Shown in pieces: positions 1 through 8,300 of a stretch of DNA of 45,834 nucleotides. Location of the stretch: positions 1-45,834 of IMG/VR virus record IMGVR_UViG_3300030372_004329; one strand, written 5' to 3'. A model generated the notes under the pieces. The model was not told the DNA's origin. It saw only the letters and a list, made by a program, of their open reading frames with translations, and did no database searches. This DNA comes from a virus. Taxonomy: Duplodnaviria; Caudoviricetes. Positions within the stretch are counted from its first letter, which is position 1, and every line of letters begins with the position of its first letter. The translations under genes were made by a program, and so were the position numbers.

Positions 1-184
1 CGCCGGACAGGTCCGCGCCGGACAGGTTCGCGCCGGACAGGTTCGCGCAGGACAGGTCCGCGCCGGACAGGTCCGCGCCGGACAGGTTCGCGCAGGACAG
101 GTTCGCGCCGGACAGGTCCGCGCCGGACAGGTTCGCGCCGGACAGGTTCGCGCCGGACAGGTTCGCGCCGGACAGGTTCGCGCG
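1..184. repeat. 15-bp tandem repeat (GCG RAC CTG TCC GGC on the - strand) encoding pentapeptide repeats
   Basis: Directly visible 15-bp period with minor variants. Confidence 0.95.
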
Positions 185-253
185 GGCGCCTCCTTCGCCC
201 CTCAGCCACAAAACGTGACCGGCAAGTATCGTCTTCAGTTCGTCGGCAATCAT
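1..253 (-). CDS. Pentapeptide-repeat protein, N-terminal part; continues across the circular junction into 45834-45411
   Basis: ATG at 253 with upstream AGGAG. Translates [24 protein letters not shown]-([10 protein letters not shown])n. Not in the ORF track because it runs off the contig edge. Confidence 0.9.
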   Translation of the reverse strand, partial: MIADELKTILAGHVLWLRGEGGARANLSGANLSGANLSGANLSGADLSGANLSCANLSGADLSGADLSCANLSGANLSGADLSG

Positions 254-280
254 GGGTCAGTCTCCTATCAAACTAACCCA

Positions 281-309
281 CCATTACCCGCTATTACCCG
301 TCGCGTCAA
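281..309 (-). promoter_or_regulatory. Sigma70-type promoter TTGACG-N17-TAATGG with tandem CGGGTAAT boxes
   Basis: Boxes at 293-300 and 283-290; lies upstream of the RBS of the pentapeptide gene. Confidence 0.7.
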
Positions 310-794
310 TCCTCAATCTGCGCTTTTTCGAGCAGTTCGGTGACGGTCGTCAGTTCGTCTTCGGTCAGCTTCGACCAGTCGTATTTCTGCACCGGCTCGC
401 CCGGCGTGGTCGTCACCGCCTGATGATCGACGAGGCGCGCCACACGCGACACCAGGTGGCCGTCAAGAACCTTCAGAAGTCCGCCTGCAATCAGCCCGTC
501 GTTTATCTCGGCCTCGATCGCTGACCATGTCGTTTTCAGATCCTCACGAGACGCAGCGCGCCGCACGGTGTCCTCACCGCACTGCACGAACGCGGCAAAG
601 CCCGGAACGGTCTTAGGACGCGGTACACGGCGCCCACGCGATCCGATCTCCATCAGGTTATCAGGGTCGGTCGTCCATTCCTTGTAAGCCTGCCAGTGGC
701 CCCACAGGCGGTCTGCGTCCGGGAACACGATATTGTTCGCAGGACGGTTGCGGGGCGGCTTTCTCGGCGCGGGCATCTGCGGCTTGTCGGTCAT
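306..794 (-). CDS. terS: Terminase small subunit, P22 gp3-like DNA packaging protein
   Basis: FPDADRLW..YKEW, RPKTVPGFAAFV and IAGGLLKVLDGHLVSR resemble the gp3 packaging family pattern; C-terminal DWSKLTEDEL is typical of TerS. Confidence 0.65.
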   Translation of the reverse strand: MTDKPQMPAPRKPPRNRPANNIVFPDADRLWGHWQAYKEWTTDPDNLMEIGSRGRRVPRPKTVPGFAAFVQCGEDTVRRAASREDLKTTWSAIEAEINDGLIAGGLLKVLDGHLVSRVARLVDHQAVTTTPGEPVQKYDWSKLTEDELTTVTELLEKAQIED

Positions 795-904
795 GTCGGC
801 CTCATCAGTTCAGGTCGGAATATAACGCACAGGAGCGGGACGGGGTAGTGAGTAATCACGCGTATGTGCGGCGCAGGGTCGACTATACGTGACAGCCATT
901 GGCA

Positions 905-1255
905 TGCCGAATAGCGTTAAATAGCGTTAAATTTACTAAGGGCACCTTTAATTACTAAGGGCACCTTTTTTCGCGAGGTGCCCTCTCTTTTTTCGTAACG
1001 TTTTCAGTGCTTTACACCCATTATTACCCGTTTAAGGGCACCTAGGGCACCTGTTTCGTACGGGGCTATATGAAAAGGATAAACACCCTCCTTCAGTAAT
1101 TTATAGTAATTTAATAAAACGGCATGTTTACGTTTTCGTCTCCTAGTATCTAAAACAGGTGCCCTTAGTGCCCTAGTGCCCTCTGGCCTTGAAAATAAGG
1201 GGTTTGAGAGAGGGCACCTAGATTCCGAAGGTGCCCTTAGGTGCCCTTAGAAAGC
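905..1255. other. Putative replication origin: AT-rich non-coding region with 11 GGGCAC(C)T iterons
   Basis: Iterons start at 940, 959, 976(r), 1036, 1045, 1157(r), 1167(r), 1175(r), 1212, 1229(r), 1239(r); region is immediately downstream of the primase-helicase gene. Confidence 0.75.
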
Positions 1256-1261
1256 CCGTTA

Positions 1262-1299
1262 AAATATAAAACGGGGCGTTAAAATAATAACGCCCCGTT
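1262..1299 (-). terminator. Intrinsic terminator after the primase gene
   Basis: AACGGGGCGTTA-N6-TAACGCCCCGTT hairpin followed by a T-rich run on the - strand. Confidence 0.7.
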
Positions 1300-1316
1300 C
1301 GGTAATTTATAGTAAT

Positions 1317-3839
1317 TTACCGAACGCCGTCAGTATTTTTAACGGGCTCCGGTAATTTACTGAACGGGACGATATTCCCCATCGGTTCCGGTTTTTTGTA
1401 TGGTTCCGCTTTTTTACCGCGTTCCCACCAACGTTGACCGTCAATTTTACGGGCGTGCTGCCAGCCAAGCGCCTTGAGGTAACGACTGATCCGCATCGAC
1501 AGGGCACGGTCGCCACGTTCGTTGCTGAACAATGCTTCTGCGATCTGCCGTGGCGTGACCTCCCCTTGGGTGTATCGCAGCCAGTCGGCCACCCGCGCTT
1601 CGTCCACGTCCTGAATGCGCACGTCGTCCTGCACCTGTTCGAGCGCAGGACACTCCCCCTGGTCGAACCACCAGCGCCACCCGGCCTCGAACAGGACGAC
1701 CGCTTCGGCCCACAGCTGGTCGCGGTCGGACGACAGTCGCGCGATGTCGACGGTCGACGTGACCAGCATCGGCCAGAACCGTCTGCCGCCGGTGGCATCG
1801 GCGAGGTATTCCTCGCCGTTCACGGTGCCTGCGAACACGGTCTGGCGCGGGATGGTCTCGGGCGTGCGACCGAACGGCGGGCGGTAGCGGTCAGTCGGTG
1901 TCGACAGGAAATTCTTGATGTGCTCGACATCCTTACCCTTCATGGATGCCAGTTCTGCGATCTCGGCCACCCACCGTCCGCGCATCCACTGCTTGGCGTC
2001 TTTCTCGGTCATGTCCGGCATGTCTTCACCGAACCAGTCTTCACCGACAAGCGTCTTGATGCCCGTCGATTTCAGCATGCCCTGTTCACCCGACAGCGTG
2101 GGCATTGTGTCCACCTTGCACCCGGGCCGGAAGATGCGGGCGACGGCGCCGATACAGAACCGCTGTCCGGCCGCTGCGAGGTAGTCAGCATGTCCTGGCA
2201 CCTCGGGGTGCGCCTGGCACGGGAAATAGTCCGTGAACAGCGTGTGAAGCCGCTGGACCCCGTCCCAGCGCAGACCTGCCAGGTATTCGCGCACCGGATG
2301 GAACGTCGCGTCCAGCGACGCCGTGGTGATGCCATCGCGGACCGTCACCGGCGAGACCGACGGAAAGATGCCGGACTGCAGGCGACCGGTGACGACCAGT
2401 GTGTCGGCGTCTTTCATCGGACGGCGCGTGCCGTTTTCCGTGACCCATATGTCACCGTCGAATTCCGATCGGGCAAACATGCCGGCGAATTCATCGGACG
2501 ATGTCAGCACGCGCCTGACGTTTTCCAGGTTCGGCACGGGCGACCCGTTCGCATCGTAGATCAGACCCGCCGCTTCCGTCGACGCGCGGCGCCGTTCGGT
2601 CTGATGTATCTTGATCGCTTCACGCAACGCCCCGGTAATGCCCATGCCGCGGATCTCGCGCAGGAGACGGGCGCGGTCGGCTTCGGACAGCTGCGCCGCC
2701 TCGGGCACGATCGACGCGAGATTACCGTTCGGATCGGGCTGCAGGATGTCGACGAGTTGCGTGACGATGTCGACCGGTGCGCTAGAGGGTGCGTTAGACG
2801 GAACCGCAGAGGGCGCGTTAGACGGAACCGTAGAGGGCGCGTCAGAGGGTGCGTTAGACGGAACCGCAGAGGGTGCAGGCATCACCGGGGCGTCTGTCAT
2901 GCCTGCGGGTCGATAGTCGCCCAGCGCGTTCGCCATGGCGGCAATCCGGTGTCGCTGTCCGATTGCCCGAAGATCAGCCCCGCCACGTCCCGCAGCTGCC
3001 GCGATCGTTCCGACGTTGTAGCCGCCCGACCCGGCGCGCAGGCCCGTGGCGTATTTGTCGGTCAGTTCGTCGGGGTCGTAGTCCTTGGATCGTCTCGACC
3101 ATTCGTCTGCAAGGGCAAGTCCGTCGTCGGACCCGTTCGTCGCTTCATGGATTGCCGCCACGATCGAGAACCACCCGTCGTAGCCGTCAGCGTCCGGGTC
3201 GATGTAGGTCAGCAGTTCGCGAATCTCGCCGTGCGACGTTGTGTTCGGATCACGGGGCGGCGCGGGCATCGAAGGGCGTTCTGACGCGGCGCGTGCCGCC
3301 GATAGCAGCCAGTCTGGGGCGTCTGCCACCGGCACGGACCACGGATCGCAACCGGCCTGCCACTGGTAAGCGCGCCCGTCGGGTTTGACGGACGGCGGCG
3401 CGATGACCATGCCGCCGTCGCCCCTGACGTCGATGCCAGGGGCGACGCGGGACGCACTGTTGCGGATGATGTCGCCAGCGTCTGCAGGCCATCGGAAATA
3501 GAAATGCACAGATCCGGAAGGCGAGACGCTGGCGACGGTATGCGGCAAGGTTCCGTGAGTAGTGACCAGCTGCCGCAATGACGCGTGTCCGTCGTGAGTA
3601 TGCCCCTCAGTCGTGTCGACGTCCAGACACCAGATGCCAGAAACCGGACCACATGCGACACCGAAATTAGCGTTCGGGAATTGCTGCCAGTATCGTGTAA
3701 GGGTGTCGGGGTCTGACGTTGCGCCCCAGCGCGTGCCGCCGTGCCTGAGACCTGCAATGTGCGATTTTTTCACTGTTCCGACCGGTGCCGGGAAAACCTG
3801 CCAGCCGAGGCGGGCGAGATTGAGTGCATCGGATGTCAT
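1317..3839 (-). CDS. DNA primase-helicase: Prim-Pol N-domain, PriCT-2 and VirE/VapE-like P-loop helicase
   Basis: GWQVFP, ANFGVACG..LDVD, SGSVHFYF, GIDVRGDGGMVIAPPS; YDGW..W.EWSRRS (PriCT-2); Walker A-like GEQGMLKST; DATGGRRFWP. Confidence 0.9.
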   Translation of the reverse strand: MTSDALNLARLGWQVFPAPVGTVKKSHIAGLRHGGTRWGATSDPDTLTRYWQQFPNANFGVACGPVSGIWCLDVDTTEGHTHDGHASLRQLVTTHGTLPHTVASVSPSGSVHFYFRWPADAGDIIRNSASRVAPGIDVRGDGGMVIAPPSVKPDGRAYQWQAGCDPWSVPVADAPDWLLSAARAASERPSMPAPPRDPNTTSHGEIRELLTYIDPDADGYDGWFSIVAAIHEATNGSDDGLALADEWSRRSKDYDPDELTDKYATGLRAGSGGYNVGTIAAAAGRGGADLRAIGQRHRIAAMANALGDYRPAGMTDAPVMPAPSAVPSNAPSDAPSTVPSNAPSAVPSNAPSSAPVDIVTQLVDILQPDPNGNLASIVPEAAQLSEADRARLLREIRGMGITGALREAIKIHQTERRRASTEAAGLIYDANGSPVPNLENVRRVLTSSDEFAGMFARSEFDGDIWVTENGTRRPMKDADTLVVTGRLQSGIFPSVSPVTVRDGITTASLDATFHPVREYLAGLRWDGVQRLHTLFTDYFPCQAHPEVPGHADYLAAAGQRFCIGAVARIFRPGCKVDTMPTLSGEQGMLKSTGIKTLVGEDWFGEDMPDMTEKDAKQWMRGRWVAEIAELASMKGKDVEHIKNFLSTPTDRYRPPFGRTPETIPRQTVFAGTVNGEEYLADATGGRRFWPMLVTSTVDIARLSSDRDQLWAEAVVLFEAGWRWWFDQGECPALEQVQDDVRIQDVDEARVADWLRYTQGEVTPRQIAEALFSNERGDRALSMRISRYLKALGWQHARKIDGQRWWERGKKAEPYKKPEPMGNIVPFSKLPEPVKNTDGVR
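2781..2878 (-). repeat. In-frame 12/24-bp tandem repeats encoding a PS(A/N/T/D/S)(V/A) linker in the primase
   Basis: Protein reads PSAVPSNAPSDAPSTVPSNAPSAVPSNAPSSAP. Confidence 0.9.
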
Positions 3840-3869
3840 AGGTGCCCCTGCTCAGACGTTGTGCCGGTG

Positions 3870-3898
3870 TTGACGCGCGGCACGATATGTTGTAATCA
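3870..3898 (+). promoter_or_regulatory. Antisense promoter TTGACG-N17-TAATCA
   Basis: Same architecture as other phage promoters here; points against the primase operon. Confidence 0.6.
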
Positions 3899-3903
3899 GG
3901 GGT

Positions 3904-3975
3904 CGAGCTGTTCGGATCTCGGCTCGTCCTCCCTGTCAGACTATAACGCCCCGGTTAATCCCGGGGCGTTTTTTG
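3904..3975 (+). ncRNA. Putative ~70-nt antisense RNA (ctRNA-like) overlapping the primase leader
   Basis: Promoter, then hairpin CGAGCTG/CGGCTCG, then UCCUCCCUG, then an intrinsic terminator; no credible + strand ORF. Confidence 0.55.
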
Positions 3976-3978
3976 TTT
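3945..3978 (+). terminator. Intrinsic terminator
   Basis: AACGCCCCGG-TTAATC-CCGGGGCGTT followed by TTTTGTTT; the U-tract is on the + strand. Confidence 0.8.
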
Positions 3979-4479
3979 GTGACGGCGTAGGGCGGCGCGA
4001 CCCGCTTCGGTGATGGTGATGGTTTGACGGTAGTTGTCCGGGTCTGGTGTACTGAGAACCACAAAACCTTTGTCGTGAAGAGAATATATGTCGGACACGA
4101 TCTTGGTAGGGAATATGGCATCGAAATTCCGAGTCCCTAATGGTGCCAGAAGTTCCAAGCACCAAACTTCATTCGCCGTCAGTTCCGGTTCATCGTCGGA
4201 CGTCAGCCCACGGCCCGCACATTCACCGGCCAGTGCTGCATAAGCCGCCGCGTCCGTGAAGCTGTCCGCCCGAAACGCGCCCTGGTTCGACCTGACGATC
4301 TTCAGGATTTCCATAAACTGCCAGCCTTGCTGCTCGGTCAGGCTGTGTCCGGTGATCGCGTTGAACGCTGCCACGGTTTTACCCATGGACCGTTCACCTT
4401 CGGGAGCGTCATAGGTTTTCGCCCGGTCGGCAAGCTCCGCAGCGGCTTGTGTCAGGATTTCATCGGCGCGGTGTGTCAT
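3955..4479 (-). CDS. DUF6378-like protein with C-terminal winged-helix-like extension
   Basis: A.EIL..A...ADR..TYD.PEGERSM..WQFM..LKIVR..DS..DAAAYAAL pattern; ATG 4479 overlaps the upstream stop. Confidence 0.65.
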   Translation of the reverse strand: MTHRADEILTQAAAELADRAKTYDAPEGERSMGKTVAAFNAITGHSLTEQQGWQFMEILKIVRSNQGAFRADSFTDAAAYAALAGECAGRGLTSDDEPELTANEVWCLELLAPLGTRNFDAIFPTKIVSDIYSLHDKGFVVLSTPDPDNYRQTITITEAGRAALRRHKQKTPRD

Positions 4480-4703
4480 GCCATCGCCTCCGATACCGCG
4501 CCGCGCAACTCGGCGACGGTCGGGAAATAGTGCTTCACCGTCCAGCGAGACGTCGGCGCTTCGCACGCATCTGCCACGCTGTCATAGGTCGCGTCATAGA
4601 CGCCGTGTTCGCCCGCTTTTGCCACGCTAACGCCCGCCCGAACGATCATGTCGCGGCGTTCGTCGGGCGTCAGCCGGGCACGACTGGTCGGTTTTTCGGT
4701 CAT
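4476..4703 (-). CDS. Small TetR-like HTH DNA-binding protein
   Basis: RLTPDERRDMIV..T...VA..C..SRWTVKHYFPT resembles the TetR N-terminal HTH; GAGGA RBS. Confidence 0.65.
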   Translation of the reverse strand: MTEKPTSRARLTPDERRDMIVRAGVSVAKAGEHGVYDATYDSVADACEAPTSRWTVKHYFPTVAELRGAVSEAMA

Positions 4704-4858
4704 CGCTGGTTCCTCAGATAGATGCGCATCGCGCTAAGGGTTGCAAGAAACGGGCGGTCACGTCTCGGGATGCGTTCGAGCGTGTCAACGGCGGCACGAA
4801 CCGCTTCCGGTCCCGCCGCCTCGCACATCCGATAAAGTGACTGTTGCGCCCAGGTCAT
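4700..4858 (-). CDS. Hypothetical 52-aa protein (MTWAQQSLYRMCEAAGPE...)
   Basis: Read manually; ATGA overlap with the next gene; ATG 6 nt after a predicted -10 box. Confidence 0.55.
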   Translation of the reverse strand: MTWAQQSLYRMCEAAGPEAVRAAVDTLERIPRRDRPFLATLSAMRIYLRNQR

Positions 4859-4864
4859 GCCTGA

Positions 4865-4893
4865 TAATTACCCGTTGTTGCCGCCTGTGTAAA
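4865..4893 (-). promoter_or_regulatory. Promoter TTTACA-N17-TAATTA with GCGGCAAC/CGGGTAAT boxes
   Basis: Member of the repeated promoter family; the -10 box overlaps the MTase stop codon. Confidence 0.55.
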
Positions 4894-6169
4894 GAGAGGA
4901 CGGAACGGGCATGACCGGTCGAGGTGCGGAAGGTGCTGGCATGACCGGTCGAGGCGTAACGGCTGCGATTCGTGCGCGGGCGATCTCGGAATACCCCTGG
5001 TCGAGTTCGATGCCGATGAACCGAAAGCCTTCCAGAACTGCCCCGCGCCCGGTCGATCCCGACCCGGTAAACGGGTCCAGAACGGTGCCGCCCGGCGGTG
5101 TCACGAGGCGGCACAGATAGCGCATCAGGTCGGTCGGCTTTACCGTCGGATGATTGTTCGCAGTCGGCTTCCAGCGCCCGTACGGGTTGCCGTCCTCGCC
5201 AGCAGCGGCACGGTCGGTGTGGTTCGGTCGGAATTCTGACGCGGCGGTCGGTTTCGGTTCGTGATCGGACAACCCGTCGTTGCGATCGGCTTTCGACGCC
5301 TTGGCGCAATAGAAAAACCGCGCAGCATCGCCGAACAGGTCCGTCGCGTCAGACGACCCGTCGTGGATTAGGTTCGCGGGGAAGCGTCCAAGTTTTTCGG
5401 CGCGTTCCACGTTCGATCTGACTTTTGCAGCCTGTTTTTCAAGAGCATTTGCGTCGTCCATCCATGGTCTGCGCCATCCTTCGTTTGTAAACTTTCCGGA
5501 CGTTTCGGCCTTGGTGCCGCCCCCTCCCAGTTTGTCATCCGTCGCCACACGACACCCGTCGATATTCACCGCCCCTGTCCCGTGTTTCAGGACGTTCGCC
5601 GCGACCGTACCGTCCAGAGGTTTTCGGGCGACGGTGATCGGTTCCAGCGCGGGTTTTAGAGCGGTGCCCCATCCCTGCCAGCGCTGGGCCTCTGGTGTTG
5701 CGGGTGCTGTGATGTCAGTTGACAATGTACCGGATCGTTCGCCGCCATACGCGTCGTCGAACCCGGACCGTTGGTTGGACCCATCTTTTGACATACCGGG
5801 TCGACCTAGCTTGGTTCCCACCACCTCACGCACCGCGCCAGCCGCCTTATCGATCCCCTTCGACACATCATGCGATTTCGGGAACCCCGACCCGTAAACC
5901 CATGCAATCATGTCGCGGATCTCGAAACCGGCGTCCTCGATCGCGCAGGCCATGCGGTGTTGCGTTCGAGTGCCGGCAAATGCCAGCAGATGACCGCCGG
6001 GCTTCAAGACGCGGAAAACCTCGCGCCAGTATTCCGGACCCGGGACGGCTTTGTCCCATCCCTTGCCCATGAACGACAGACCGTAAGGCGGGTCCGTGAC
6101 GACGGAATCAACCGAATTTTCCGCTATGTCTTGCATCACTTCGATGCAGTTTCCGGTTATTACCGTCAT
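4868..6169 (-). CDS. Orphan DNA methyltransferase (N6-A/N4-C, beta class)
   Basis: DPPY catalytic motif at the N-terminus; HPTVKP and VLDPFTGSGSTG SAM-binding motif at the C-terminus. Confidence 0.92.
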   Translation of the reverse strand: MTVITGNCIEVMQDIAENSVDSVVTDPPYGLSFMGKGWDKAVPGPEYWREVFRVLKPGGHLLAFAGTRTQHRMACAIEDAGFEIRDMIAWVYGSGFPKSHDVSKGIDKAAGAVREVVGTKLGRPGMSKDGSNQRSGFDDAYGGERSGTLSTDITAPATPEAQRWQGWGTALKPALEPITVARKPLDGTVAANVLKHGTGAVNIDGCRVATDDKLGGGGTKAETSGKFTNEGWRRPWMDDANALEKQAAKVRSNVERAEKLGRFPANLIHDGSSDATDLFGDAARFFYCAKASKADRNDGLSDHEPKPTAASEFRPNHTDRAAAGEDGNPYGRWKPTANNHPTVKPTDLMRYLCRLVTPPGGTVLDPFTGSGSTGRGAVLEGFRFIGIELDQGYSEIARARIAAVTPRPVMPAPSAPRPVMPVPSSLYTGGNNG

Positions 6170-7815
6170 ATCAAAGTCTCCCTGATTTCGTCCCGAAGTC
6201 GAATAGCGTCGGCGGTTTTCAGCGTCTGTGCTGTGAAAACGTCCACCCCGAACCGGTGGAAGAATCGCGCCTGCATGGCCGTGTCGTCATCGCCCGCTGC
6301 ACGACGCATGCCTCCCCAGACCTGCATGACCTCGGCAAGCGACCGGTGCGCCGACTGGCGATCACGGTGCAGATTTTCCAGGCGCCGAACCGTTGCCGCA
6401 TCGGCGCCGATCGGAACGCGCGGTTTTTCCGCCTCGACCGATGCGCGGGCCATCCTGAGACGTTCGAGCAATTCCGGTGACATTTCGGTCAGGATGCCGT
6501 CGACCTGTTCCGGCGCGGCACGACCTGTCGGTTCGTGCGCCGCGCCACAGAACGGACAGGCGGTCGAGATTGCCGGATATGCCAGACCGCAGATGCACGT
6601 CCGCATCGGGATCGCGTCGGGGTTTTTCGGAACGCCGCGGGTCGATTCGTCTTTCCAGAGCGTCCAGCGCCGCGGCGTGTCGGGCATCCCGTGCGTTGCT
6701 GCCATGCGCAGGACGTTCCCGACGTGGTCTATGACGACCCCATATTCCTTGCCGTCAGCCGGGCGCAGGCATCGTCCGATCTGCTGACAGAACAGCCCGA
6801 ACGACATGGTCGGGCGTGCCATAATCGTGACCTCGACGGCCGGCACGTCAAACCCTTCATCGAACAGGCCCGTGTTGATCAGGACGTCAAGTTCGCCGCG
6901 GCTGAACGCACGTACCGCGCGGTTCCGCGTGCCGTCGTCCGTGTTGCCGTCGAGCGCCTTCGCGCGAACACCGGCGTCGTTGAATTTCTCGGCCAGTTGC
7001 TGCGATGCCTCGACGCCGGTCGTGAATACGATCGCACGTTTTCCTGGCACGCGTTCAAGGTAAGTACGGACGATGTCACCGAACAGTTCCGCCCTGGTCG
7101 CCGCGCGCTGTGACGCTGACGTGAAATCGCCGGTGCTACCGATCTTCAGGAGTGCTTCGTTGATCGACGGTTCCGGGGCGATCACGCGATAATCGCACAG
7201 CGAGCCGTCCGCGATCAGTTCGCGCATCGACACGCCTTGAACCAGGTGGTCGAACGCGCCGCCCTGTTCGATGTGCAGTGACCGACGGTCGGCCCTGATT
7301 GGCGTGGCGGTGACGCCGAACCCGACCGCATTCGGGAACAGCTGCGCGGCGCGGCCCCATTTGTTGGCATCGTCCCACGGCAGCCCGACGCCAAGCATGT
7401 GGTGCGCTTCGTCGCAGAGCCATTTCACGACCGACTTGCACCACCGGTCGGACGGTTTGTGCCGCCGAATGAGCGTGTCGACGCCGGCGACAACGGTCTG
7501 TGACCGGTGGTCGATGAACGACCGTCCGAGTTCCTGAACGTGCTGTTCGATGATGCCGTTGACGACCGGCTGCGGCGCGGTGATCGCGTGACGGATGCCC
7601 GCTTTCGCGTAGGTCGTCGAGATCTGCGACAGGAGTTCCTGACGATGCACGATCGTACAAGCCGGCCCGTCGGTCTGGGCGACCTGTGATGCCAGCAGCC
7701 ATGTCTTGCCACCACCGGTCGACAGCTGGTTCAGCACGTAACGGTAACCGTCCGCGTAAGCCTGTGCGGTTTCGGCTTCCATCGCGCGCTGGTAGGGGCG
7801 AAGGTTGATTGTCAC
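6166..7815 (-). CDS. SF2 DEAH-box helicase
   Basis: LRPYQ, TGGGKT, DEAH, TATP, EGFDVP and QQIGRCLR motifs; C-terminal Cys cluster. Confidence 0.92.
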   Translation of the reverse strand: MTINLRPYQRAMEAETAQAYADGYRYVLNQLSTGGGKTWLLASQVAQTDGPACTIVHRQELLSQISTTYAKAGIRHAITAPQPVVNGIIEQHVQELGRSFIDHRSQTVVAGVDTLIRRHKPSDRWCKSVVKWLCDEAHHMLGVGLPWDDANKWGRAAQLFPNAVGFGVTATPIRADRRSLHIEQGGAFDHLVQGVSMRELIADGSLCDYRVIAPEPSINEALLKIGSTGDFTSASQRAATRAELFGDIVRTYLERVPGKRAIVFTTGVEASQQLAEKFNDAGVRAKALDGNTDDGTRNRAVRAFSRGELDVLINTGLFDEGFDVPAVEVTIMARPTMSFGLFCQQIGRCLRPADGKEYGVVIDHVGNVLRMAATHGMPDTPRRWTLWKDESTRGVPKNPDAIPMRTCICGLAYPAISTACPFCGAAHEPTGRAAPEQVDGILTEMSPELLERLRMARASVEAEKPRVPIGADAATVRRLENLHRDRQSAHRSLAEVMQVWGGMRRAAGDDDTAMQARFFHRFGVDVFTAQTLKTADAIRLRDEIRETLI

Positions 7816-7821
7816 GGCGTG

Positions 7822-7989
7822 TTACGTGCGCAGAATGCTGGCGATGAGTTGACGACGACGTTCGATGTCTTCGAAACATCCGCGAGCAATTTCAGTCAGA
7901 CACATGATGCGCGCCTGATCGGCCCGTGCCTGAAGCTTGGCGATCATGTCGAGTTCTTCGTTGACCTTGCGTTTCGTGTTCTTATCCAT
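7822..7989 (-). CDS. Hypothetical protein (MDKNTKRK...)
   Basis: ACAGGAG RBS; first gene of the leftward operon. Confidence 0.6.
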   Translation of the reverse strand: MDKNTKRKVNEELDMIAKLQARADQARIMCLTEIARGCFEDIERRRQLIASILRT

Positions 7990-8020
7990 CGTCACGTCTC
8001 CTGTCAGTATTTGCCGTTCT

Positions 8021-8092
8021 GGGATACACGATCCGTTATTTTGCTGCAAGGTAATAAAAGGCATTGACGGGCAATAACGTCACGCGTAGAAC
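8021..8092. promoter_or_regulatory. Divergent promoter pair: - strand TTGCAG-N17-TATCCC (8049-8021), + strand TTGACG-N17-TAGAAC (8064-8092)
   Basis: Lies at the divergence point of the two replication operons; both spacers contain AATAACG. Confidence 0.6.
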
Positions 8093-8126
8093 GGTCGGTG
8101 CAACACTGGACAGGAGAGACCTGACA

Positions 8127-8282
8127 ATGCAGACGTTCGAGATCACCGGCAGCAAGGACAGTTTTCTTGCCCAGATGTTTCGCACGAAAAACGGATGGGG
8201 CAAGCGTCGTCTGAACCGGTTCAAAACCGTGAACGGCAAGCGTTTCCAGCTTCATGCAACCCGCGGCTGGAAAGCCGTATAA
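8127..8282 (+). CDS. Small basic hypothetical protein
   Basis: CAGGAG RBS, ATG 8127. Confidence 0.65.
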   Translation: MQTFEITGSKDSFLAQMFRTKNGWGKRRLNRFKTVNGKRFQLHATRGWKAV

Positions 8283-8300
8283 CCCGAGAGGATACCGAAA

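Noticed and set aside
1-184. Terminal 15-bp repeats as a CRISPR array or physical terminal repeats
   Set aside because: There are no unique spacers. The repeats are in-frame pentapeptide codons and the end overlap is best explained as an assembly junction. True repeat number is uncertain.
1434-3284. 616-aa + strand ORF and similar long antisense ORFs (18991-20424, 32348-33796, 12869-13897, 9703-10671)
   Set aside because: Shadow ORFs opposite well-supported genes in high-GC DNA; Arg-rich with no recognisable motifs.
4868-6169. Restriction-modification system
   Set aside because: No cognate restriction endonuclease is adjacent; orphan MTases are common in phages.
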